A stretch of 63,432 nucleotides of DNA, counting the filler, from Reticulomyxa filosa (Eukaryota; Protista; Foraminifera), in NCBI GenBank assembly GCA_000512085.1. It is 13 parts of 13 records of this genome, joined end to end, with 100 filler letters (N's around TTAATTAATTAA, not from the genome) between each part and the next. Parts side by side here need not be neighbours in the genome. Positions count along the whole stretch, not along the records: positions 46,942 to 57,205 come from ASPP01006645.1; positions 57,306 to 62,085 come from ASPP01008903.1; positions 62,186 to 63,432 come from ASPP01019243.1; 10 more parts are not named here. One strand, written 5' to 3'. Numbering within the stretch: the first letter of the stretch is position 1; every line of letters starts with the position of its first letter. The notes under the pieces are model-generated. The model saw nothing but the letters and a program-made list of their open reading frames with translations, did no database searches and was not told the DNA's origin. Shown here piece by piece: positions 53,356 through 63,432 of the stretch. Both the position numbers and the translations under genes were made by a program.

Positions 53356-54368
53356 ATGGCTTTCCAAAAGATTGTTCAAAAATTTAAAAAAATCTATGAT
53401 TTGTGGCAACGTCAGTGACTTCATTTTTGTTTTTTTAAAAATAAAATGTTGTGCCTTTAATAAGGAGGAAAACCAAACGAATCAAAACAATAAAACGATA
53501 CAAACAGATGGTTTTGACCATGATTACAAGATATACAAGGATGGGGTATATGACTCATGGAATAAAAGTGTCTTTTCATATCACCACCCGGCTACCGGAG
53601 TAACCGCGCGTGAGCGTGCAAAAGGTGGATGGCCAATAGATTATGGTTTGGAAGAGCAGTTTGAGCCGGACCCAAACAATGAGTTACCAAATTACGAAGT
53701 GAGAAGATACCGTAAATGGCAATATTTGACCATCAGAGAAGTTAATTTTATTTTTTTTCTCCAAGCCCTACCCCCTTTTTTTTTAAAAAAAAAAAAAGAG
53801 AATAATTTGCTTACAATCATTGTTTTTTTCTTGGGGGGCGGGGGAATGAACAAAGAAAAAATCACTGGACCCTCAATTATTTCGTGATATGCACCACCCA
53901 TCACGACCTCCAGTCATTTCTACTGGGATATCCCCGCACTTTGTTAAGATCTTTTTTGATTATGTCATGCTATATTGTGTGGTGTCGTTGTTGAAATCTG
54001 GTAACAAATTGAACTTTTCAAAAGGAATAGCGGAGGCTAATCGGATTCGATAAAATGTTTTAACTTTGGGACACATGTTTATGTGAATTGAATAGGATAA
54101 GCCACGATGGCAACAACAGCAACTTGTATTATACAATCGTTGGCTGCTGCAAGGAATTCCTCCCAAGCCAGGCAATCCTTTTCATATGCACGACTGTCCT
54201 CACAAAGACCATGCTGAGGACTTCTTTTGGCCTGATTACACCTATGACGAGATGAAACAATTATTGCACCGAAGTCGTTACATGCAAAGCAGAGCTGGTG
54301 CTAGAGATACCAAGAAGGTTTATGACTTGGTGCAACGTGAAAGAGAGCTCAAAGCAACACCACCATAA
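53356..54368 (+). CDS. Hypothetical protein (4 exons), head-to-head with the CX9C gene
   Basis: MAFQKIVQKFKKIYDLWQH|GFDHDY..TIRE|KKSLDPQ..PHF|DKPRWQ..KATPP*; frame is kept across three GT-AG introns. Confidence 0.65.
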
Positions 54369-55270
54369 ACAACTTTTTTTTTTGGTGGGGGGGGTCACGA
54401 CATTTTTATTCTTTCTCGACTTGTTCACTATGATACTACAATTCTCACTATGGAAGAGACGAGGGGGAAAAAACGATTGGTGTGAAATGGCAATTCTTTT
54501 TGCAGATTTGTTGAATACACGAACCTTTTAAAAACAAAAAAAATGTTCTGTCCCACCTTCCATGTTTTATTCAAACATTCACTTTCTTTTTTGCGTAACA
54601 ATTTTGCTTTGCAAAACCGCAATTTTCACTTTAGTCACAAATTAAAACTATTTTGCAAAAATGAAAGAATGTTCACAAATTTTTTAAATTGTAAATTAAG
54701 CCTGTCGAATATTCGTAATATTTCATTGAATAATTTACGTCTCTCAAAATGCAAAATTATTTTCAAAATTTATTCTGATAAAGTAGGAAATTGTTGAATG
54801 CAATTTTTTAAGTAGTTACAGCTTAAAGCATTTTTTGTATTTAATCAAAGATAGTGATGGCCACACAAAAGTAGTAAATCATGTGATATTCTTTCTGACA
54901 AGCAAGAACAGTTTGCAAAGCCAACAAACTCTCCAATTTCTGGGTTAATTACTTACGAAACATCAGTACCATTGTTGAGCAAATTAAAGCTTTTTCTTGT
55001 TGGGATATTCATTTCCTTTTGTTATAATAGTTGAATTTTTGTTGTTTTTTTTGAAGTTCATACTTTTGTAAAACGCATCGAAATTTCGGATCAATCTCTT
55101 CACAATCTAGCTGTTTCAAAAGCGTTTAAAACGATGTGTCCTATTTTTAAACAAATTTAATGCAAAAATTGTCCGATAAATCTTGACAAAAGCTTGAGAG
55201 AAAACTTGCTCGTAAACGGAAAAAAGAATTGAAAAAAAAATTAACATTTTGTGACCCCAGATTCGTATTA

Positions 55271-56283
55271 ATGTTAACCTCCACCTCTACTGCGAAAGAT
55301 CCTCGGGAGAGGTTGGCTCAACTGTTGCGTAGCTTCCAAGTGAAGCATGCAAGTAGTGATCAAATGAATCAATTGTATTCATTTAATGACTTTGTAGCAA
55401 AAGGTGGAAATGCGAATGTATCTCAATTATCCCCTGTGTTAGACAAAGCATTAGTGGAAGTGATAATCCCTCATCCAAAGTCAAGCTATGCGGCGTTACG
55501 CGATGTCATAGCGCAAATATGTGTGCATTACTATCGCATTCAAAGTTCATCCCTGGAAAAATTCTTTAAACAAATGATAGTACTGGCCAATTCGAAGACA
55601 CCACATGTGAAACTGTATGGAATGATCTGTCAAGCAAATACACAAATATTATCTTCTGTACATATATGTTATAAATATATGTGTATGTAATACATTAAAA
55701 ACCGATCAATGAATGCAATAATCGAAATGTAAATAAAATCAATTCAAATCAATTTTCAATAAAATCCAATGGTCGCACAAATATAAATATAAATATAAAT
55801 AAATAAAAAATCTGATAAAAATAGAACATCATTGCATATCATGGGCGAACTGTGTGGGAGTTTTCCACGATTGATGACCTATTTGACAGACGTGTGCAAT
55901 GTGTTGTTGAAATCTACAGCCCGCAAAATGCCGGTATCTTTCATTTGCCTTTGCTTTTTGTTTCCGTTGTTGTGACGAGACAGTGTATTGCATTGATGCT
56001 TTCTTTCTTTTGGCAATCACATGGACACATGCAATAGTTGTCACTTCGATTGGTATCCGTGAACGTATTGGAAAAGTGTATCAAAGGAGCCGAAAAAGGG
56101 ATCCGAGGAAATACGACAGAATTGATGAAAGTTTTCGAGCAATTGGCAAAAGTAATATAAATAAATATGTGCAAATATATATATATATATATATGTATAT
56201 ATTATTCATATACACATGAGTACAAAGATATGAGCACATTGTACAAGGATATAAGAGAGATCCATTTACAATATTTTGCATAA

Positions 56284-56315
<32 letters not shown>

Positions 56316-57100
56316 CATATCCTCAAGATTATATATTATATATACATATAATATATATGTATATAATGAGCAAATGTCTATGCCATTATACAAAGTATAA
56401 TACAATGGAATAATGAAAATATACTACAAATGGGGGGGGGGGGAAAAAAAAAAGGATCGAGTTACATTAGTGCGCATAGCGTTGTGCAAGGTGATCCTGC
56501 TGGCATGTCAATATTGCCAAGAGAAAAGCCAACACATAGGGCTGTTTATGCCACTGATTCGAAAGAATTTGGTAGTGAAGCAGACCACGGTTCGCTTTGC
56601 GTATGCGACATTGTTTGGTCAGATTGTCGCGCGCTGCATTCCAAGCGACGTGGAGACTGCTCGAAAAGAGGCCCGTCGAAAGCGAGAGGACGTGTTGGAC
56701 GCGGACGGCAGCAAGGCGTCGGACGCAAAAGAGGACGTCGGTAGTGGAAGTGGAACGGGAGGAGTAGGGTCAGGAATCGGATCAGGAGCAGGGTCAGGAG
56801 GAGCAGGAGCAGGATCAGGATCAGGACCAGGAGGAGGAGGAGGAGGATCGTCTTCAGTGGGGACAGGCGGAAATTCGGCAGCAAAGTCAAAAGATGACAG
56901 CGGCAGTGGCATTGACGGCCACGTGGTAAGCGTGGCATCGTTCGACGGCAAAGACATGGTAACGGGGAGCAATAGCATGATTCCGGATCTCAGTAAATCG
57001 TCGTCCAAGTATAAGATTGAAGACGAAGATATTATGTTAGCAAACACAATTGTTGATTTTGAAACTGCATTTATCGCTGTGTGGAGTTGGTTTCATCGAA
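55271..57100 (+). CDS. HEAT-repeat protein, HEATR5/Laa1/SWEETIE-like N-terminus (3'-truncated)
   Basis: LRDVIAQICVHYY, LHIMGELC, LRLVSVNVLEKCIKG, DRVTLVRIALCKVI and VRFAYATLFGQIVA follow the HEATR5 N-terminal pattern; Gly/Ser-rich insert. Confidence 0.6.
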
Positions 57101-57165
57101 GTTATTATGTGTATATATATATATATATATACATAATAATTTTTTTAAACACATATCAAATGCAT

Positions 57166-57205
<40 letters not shown>

Positions 57206-57305
57206 NNNNNNNNNNNNNNNNNNNNNNNNNNNNNNNNNNNNNNNNNNNNTTAATTAATTAANNNNNNNNNNNNNNNNNNNNNNNNNNNNNNNNNNNNNNN
57301 NNNNN

Positions 57306-57356
<51 letters not shown>

Positions 57357-57399
57357 TATATATTGAAAAACTCAGCAAACTAAAAAGAAATCCGTAAAA

Positions 57400-57707
57400 T
57401 GTGGTCAAAAGGAAGCCATTTGGAATTGTATCACCTTGAAACAAGAAAATGGATTTCGGCCAGGATCAGTAGTGAGACGCAAGAACAAGTGACAGTGCTT
57501 TATTTGCTATCATCTCCTCAACTGTGCAACGGTGATAATGACGATGCCGATGTTAATGCTGATACGACAGAGGTGTGGCACCAAATTACCGTCCCAAGGG
57601 ATTCGCCTTTGCTGAGGTCTGTCAACGTATATCAGTTGCCGCTGAAGAATACCAATGCTCTGCTTGGAGGTTCTTCGATTTTCAATCGCTCAATTAAGTC
57701 TGACTGA
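57400..57707 (+). CDS. Terminal exon of an unknown protein
   Basis: Coding-like ORF after a poly-A/T intron at the contig start, followed by a T-rich 3' UTR. Confidence 0.45.
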
Positions 57708-58329
57708 TTCATTCTATTCCATTCTAATTGTTAAAATCAACAAAAAATACTAAGTATTTTTTTTTAGCATTATCGTCTTTTCATTCATCATTTATTTTAT
57801 TTTTTTTTCCTTGTTCTTGCGCGGTCCGATATCCAAGGTAAAAAAACTTGCATTTGTACTTTTAAGTTCTTTTTTATTTGTTTACGAAAATCTTTTTTTG
57901 AACGTGGTGCTTTTCAAAGAAAAAGGATTTGGGAAGGTTTTATTGCATTCATGTCCTGTGTATTGCTTTTTTTAATTTTTTTATTTTTTTTTATATGTAC
58001 GTAGTTTGTTTTTGCAAATCTCTTGTATGTCCAAAAATGAAAGGGAAAAAGGGATGAAAAACTCAAATATCAGGCTTGTTTGATTTTGCAAAGTTTCTTA
58101 TTTCTTTTTTTCCCTCCACAAGTTTATTTTTGTTTTAGATTTTTTTTTTTTTGAAAATTGTTTACATCTTTATCACACTCGGAAGGTGGGGAGGGATGTC
58201 GAAAGATTCTTTTAGTTATTATCATAATTTGTGTTGGATTGGAAGAGGTTTGTAAATAAATGTAGGTTTTCTTGCTATTTGCTTTTTAGAATAATGTCGG
58301 TGTCTTTTTTTTTCCCTTATTTGTGATAC

Positions 58330-58442
58330 TATGCCCGAAGCTTGGGCTTCAAAAAGTTATATTATGGTCCTGAGGCATGCTTTTCTGAAGAAATTCCTTC
58401 AGCTAGTCCATTCAACTGAAGGAGCTGACAACAAGTCATATA
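58330..58442 (-). ncRNA. Candidate Sm-class small RNA (hairpin, AACTTTTTG, terminal hairpin), unassigned
   Basis: Stem 58395-58402/58416-58423 with G-U extension on the minus strand; AACTTTTTG at 58350-58358; GC-rich 3' hairpin 58333-58350. Confidence 0.3.
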
Positions 58443-58599
58443 ATTGAAAAAATTCATGTTTAAATTTTTAAAGTTTGATGAGCAAGTGAGATTTTAAGTC
58501 GCAAAAAAAAAAAAAAATTGAACAAGCATGGTGGAACAATAAGAACAATAAAATCGATTGCGATGATAAAACAAATTTTATTAAAAAAAATGAACAATA

Positions 58600-60105
58600 T
58601 TACAACATTTGTGTTGCTAACTCTACTTGCTGAATATAATCAATGACTTTGAAATATTGTTGGATGTAATCAACACCAACGCCTAAATTCATAGCCAACC
58701 GTTTTTGGGTGCGGATGTCAAGATGAAGAAATTCTTGGATCAGGTCTCCGTCAATGATATTTTTCAGCTCAGGAAAGGGTCGGTCCAAATAATGCTGCAT
58801 TGGCGAAGGGTTCATCATTTCGTCACTGCAGTCTTTATAAGTCATTCCATAGCGATATTGTTTGGGATTCAAACCAGCCATATGTTCGATACAATATACC
58901 ATTTGGGCTTGTAATCCATCCAACAGCGTGTACATTAAGTCATTGACAGGGACAAGACGAACTAAGCCTCCGTCCAAAGTGGCCAAAAGATTGAAATAAT
59001 TGTTATGCCATGTTTTAAAAGTAAAGTTCATCACTTCTTTTTTTAGTCGATTTTTTGACAAAAAGTTTCGATAGTTTTTATCAGTGGCAAGATGCTGGGA
59101 GGCGTATTTGGCTTTGAAATGTTGTTCGTGGATGATCAAATCCAAGTAAGCTTGTTGAAAGTGATCGTCGCGGCATTTCAAAACAACGCCACTAGAGACA
59201 TTAGTTCCAATGTGAAACGAGGCACGTGTATATAAGCGATCTTTTTGGACACTCCACAGCAACTTAGGTTGCGGATCATAATACACAATTTGTAAGTTTC
59301 CATTCACATCCGACACAATCACCGATAGCTCACCGAATTTGTGGCTGTTGTCTTGTTTTCACAAACCAAGGCATACAAGGGATTTTACATACATACATAC
59401 ATACATACATATATGTATATGTACATATATGTATACGTATATAATGCAAAAAGAAAATTAAACTCGCGCTAGTCAATTTTGTACTTTGCGACATTTCTTT
59501 GAAACTCTCAAAGGAATGTTTAGAAGTGTCAATCATCCAATGCATGCTGAAAATGCCACGATAATGGCTATCTCTTCCAAGTTTGACGACAGTGCCGACA
59601 TAATGTTCCCAGTGGAACATGTCCAAGCCTTGAAACAAGTCTCCCGTGCAAAGGAAGCTATTTAAGACTAATACATCCAAGCAATGAACTCTGGAGTCCA
59701 AAAAAGCCACTCCAATCAACTGCTGTCCGTCCCATCGGTACAATACGAGTTTGGGTCCGCAGGCAGCGACGAGTAGCCCTTCCACGGCATTGACGGCAGT
59801 GACGCCGGTGCGTTCTTTGCGACTGAACATCCAATGCATACGATAGCGCAAATGGTTATGCATTTTCCATAAATACCGACTTTTTTGGTAATAATTCAAC
59901 TCTTGGCTTCGATAGTTTTTGTTCAATTGCGACGGTGCCAATGGCGAGCGTGGGATGCTAATGTCCCCCCTAATGTCATTGTCGTCATTGGTATTATCCG
60001 TCTCATATTCTGCATTCTCCTCATCGCCATCGTCATTGTCATTATCATTATCATCGTCATTATTATCACCGTCATCATTATTACCATCGCCATCATCGTC
60101 ATTAC

Positions 60106-60139
<34 letters not shown>

Positions 60140-62085
60140 GCCATCTGCAGACTGCATACCACCGCCATTCCTCGAGGCCCGTCCTCGTCTTCGTTTGGAC
60201 CGTTTGTGTCGGGCTCGTTGCAGTTCGCTGGCCAAGTACGAAGGAGTCAATGACACGTCAAACCAACGTAAAGGGTCCAATACGCGCTCGTGCAATCTGG
60301 ATATCAAATGATCGTGTTTCTTCTTGCTTTCCGCAGTGTCGGACAGACGTTTGCCCATCGTGCGTTTCGACGCATGTTTCTTGGAACGTTTGCGTTTGTG
60401 TTTCTGTTTCTTTTCAGGAATGATCTCAATCAATATTACCTAAACCGAGTATACGTATACAAATATATATAAATTATAAACATACACATTTATATACGTA
60501 TATGTATATATATATATACATATACATATATTATATATCTAAACTCGACCAATGGTTGGGGAATCTTCTCCTGAATTGACAGCAGTAGCGACAGCGATAA
60601 GATTTTTGTAAACAGCACCATGAGCACTTTGCCTGCCAGTGTCTTGGATTTTGACGTATTTGATGTCCATAATGTGTTCGCTGTGCAACTCCTCTTCGTC
60701 GTGGAGCTCCAGCTTGCCGACGCGGTCTTCGAAGCACCACGAGTGCGGATTGAACAGCCACAGCTCAAATTCCATATTGAACACGTCCAAGGACCGCTGC
60801 CCGGGGATATCAAAGGGTAGACGTTTGCGCAGACGCGACACAGCCAGGACGAGCGTATTGTTCTGCTCGTGACGCACCATCTTGTGGATGCTTCGACATA
60901 CCGGCACGTGACACACAGGCTGCGCCATGTCAAAGTCGATTCGACTGTACTCCTCGAAGCCGTTGCTTCGGTCGATCCTGTCTTTCTCGTCCACTACGTG
61001 TCCATTCCCGTCGCTTTTGTTACTGTTGACGATCACGTCACCTCCCCTTCCTGGCTCTCCTGCTCCTCTGCTGTTAATGTGACTCGTGGCCGTGTGACCC
61101 ACGTTTGGATTGGCCGCATGTGCGTTAGGGCCCATATCAGAATCGTTGTGGTCCGCAGGGATGCTCTGACCTTGTTTGCCCCAAAGGTGCGAGAAATTGG
61201 AGTGGAACAAGACCTTTGACAGTGTCTGCGGGATTGTTGCGAGTTTCATTCCAAAGTGATCAAAGTAAATAAATCCGGGAATGTACGAAGTAGTCTGGTG
61301 TTCTGGCAAGTGTTTAATGTCTTTTTCTTTTTCTTTTTCTATTTCTTTGCTTCGCTTGAACTGTTTTTTATTTGGGTCAATGTCTATTGTCATCTTTTCA
61401 TGTCCACTTGCTTTTCTTTCTTCGTGATTTGTTCCATTACCATTATCAGCATGTTCATTACTATCGTTGTCATTACCTCGTTCGTTGTGACCTTGACTAT
61501 CATTCTTTTGTTTCAAACTGTTGTTGTTGTTCTTCTTCTTCTCCTCCTCTTCATTATCATCGTCATCATTATCATCATTATCATCATTATCTTCATCTTC
61601 TTCATTTTCATCTTCTTTTCCATTGGTATGTACGTCCTCCGCGTAAGTCGACGACTCCGACGAGAGCGAGAAAAACATGTCATCCGGAAAGACAAAGACC
61701 CAGGGCGTGATGCTCAACACGTGTTGGTCAATCGACAAACGCTGAATCAGCAATTCGTCATGCGCGCCTCGCCGGATCCAGCACGGCTTGCTTCCTCCGA
61801 CAAACAGACTCGTATCGAGACACAGCCTCCCTCCGTAATGGATGGTGCCACTTCCATGCTCGTCGTGACGCTGAAGATGGAGCGGAAACGTCGGCGGCTT
61901 CCAAACGTGGAGTTTGCAAAGTCCATATTTGCGCCATTGCACCAATTGGCGATGTTTGCGAGACAGACGTTGCCATCCGGAATGTCCCGTCTCGTCCATC
62001 AGTGGTTGATCTTTCTCCTCGTCCGACTCCTCGTCGTATTGGTCCATCTCTTCCACTTCGTCGATCAAGTTGTCCTCTTTTGCCG
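58600..62085 (-). CDS. CPSF1: Cleavage and polyadenylation specificity factor subunit 1 (CPSF160), 3' part
   Basis: LFVGGSKPCW, GEDSPTIGR, GVTAVNAVEGLLVAACGPKL, LIGVAFLD, HMAGLNPKQYR, NIIDGDLIQEFLHL (CPSF_A region). Confidence 0.92.
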
Positions 62086-63324
62086 NNNNNNNNNNNNNNN
62101 NNNNNNNNNNNNNNNNNNNNNNNNNNNNNTTAATTAATTAANNNNNNNNNNNNNNNNNNNNNNNNNNNNNNNNNNNNNNNNNNNNTCGATGTCTGCGAGT
62201 TTGTCTTTTCGTTTTCTTCTTTGTTCTTTTCTGGCTACCATGTCTTCATTCATATTCTCTTTATTGGAGAGCGCAGTCCATTTGTCATATTTGAACTCGA
62301 TTCATTGCATTAAAATTTTTTTGTTCAAGTAGGGATTAATGTAACAATGATCATGCAGGTCTGCTAAACTTTACAAACATATATAAGTTTTCAATTTCGT
62401 TTTGTTGTTGGTATTGGGTTGATTTCAATACAATAATATGGTGTTGCAACTCGCTTAGAGTTTTCTCTTGTTGTTTGCTCAACATGAAAAACTTGGTAAT
62501 CCATGTTGTAGTGGGCATGTTGAAAAGGGACAGAACTAAACAAAAAGTTGAATAATACAAGATTTTTCAATTTCTGTTGACTTTATGATCCAAAAATTGG
62601 ATTATCTGTATCAAAATCAATTTGTATCCAAAAAAAATTGCGATAAACTTTTTGAGGAAAAACTGACAAGGGGGAGACTCAAAGAAAATAAATGTTAAAT
62701 TTTTACTGTCAAACTTTTCGTTATTTTTTTATAATTAAGTTGTTGGAGGTCAGCACACTGACTTTTCTCCACATACATGCACACAACACAGTACATGAGT
62801 CAGTCCCCCCCTCCCTCCCTATCCCCCCCTCCAGTGCACACCATCCAACTTTTTAACACACTCCAAACAAACAAAAAAAAAAATAATAATAGGAGCTATG
62901 GTTTGGCATTACAACCAATGGAATGGGTGCTCTTGTTCAATCTACTCTTTCCTCATAAGTTAAGATATTCACAAAAAATTGAGTAATAAGACAAAAATGC
63001 AAGATCCAATTCGTCATTAAATTTTTTGAGCCTCTAAATTTTTTTTTTTTTTTAATAAAAAAAAATTGATAATTACATTTTGATTTTTTTGGACTTGTGT
63101 GGGGATGTTCAGCTCGACGTCCTTTAATTTTTTTTAAATATCATGCAAAAGGTGGTTTTTTTTTTATTGTTGTACATACATTTTTGTTTTTGGGACTATG
63201 CCAACAGGTCAATCCAATGCAAAAGATTTTTTTTTTTGTGTTGTTGTTGTTGTGTGATAATAATGCAAATAGATCCACATCGGGGGATAGATGTTGGCTC
63301 AACAGATGGAGGGAGGACAGTCCA

Positions 63325-63432
63325 GAAACAGGCTAGCCAACAGGCCAGCAACAGCCCAGCCAACAGTCCAGCCAACAGGGCAGCAACAGGACAGCGAACA
63401 TGGCAGCAACAGGCCAGCAACAGGGCAGCAAC
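63325..63432 (+). repeat. Imperfect ~12-bp tandem repeats (caacaggccagc), probably coding Q/S/N-rich sequence
   Basis: Repeated caacagg(c/g)cagc units at the window end. Confidence 0.55.

Noticed and set aside
10415-62137. Hydrophobic or poly-V/I/C/S ORFs (e.g. 10573-10857, 48407-48934, 59885-60253, 61256-62137)
   Set aside because: Antisense or off-frame shadows of CAA/AAT/GAT low-complexity coding repeats.
5571-62141. Recurrent TTAATTAATTAA palindrome as a biological motif
   Set aside because: Always embedded in N runs; it is a standard all-frame-stop linker.

Overview
AT-rich, intron-containing eukaryotic DNA. It is not one locus: 13 small contigs or scaffold pieces are joined by artificial N-run/TTAATTAATTAA/N-run linkers (near 5571, 9253, 11104, 22355, 23889, 31048, 34261, 43619, 45388, 46886, 57250, 62130), so adjacency across linkers is meaningless. 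The kelch-like gene family, microsatellite-rich introns and many pseudogenes suggest a foraminiferan such as Reticulomyxa filosa (inference). Recognisable genes: HAT1, a mitotic cyclin, a kelch-like protein, a casein kinase 1 pseudogene, an SLC35F/EamA transporter, a probable pseudokinase, UBE2K/UBC1, SSNA1/DIP13, a cAMP-receptor-like GPCR plus another multi-TM protein, a TPR-prefoldin-4 fusion, Lines, TMEM151, CAP-Gly relics, a twin-CX9C protein, HEATR5-like and CPSF160. Also present: a U2 snRNA gene, Tc1 and LINE relics, and inverted/tandem repeats. The most interesting theme is splicing. The U2 is enlarged and has an atypical Sm site. Introns mostly begin GTT and often have a T-rich 5' half and an A-rich 3' half instead of a polypyrimidine tract. 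Two unannotated hairpin elements on different contigs share a GAATGG loop and an Sm-like site, and are candidate novel snRNA-like RNAs. Exon boundaries were inferred by eye.
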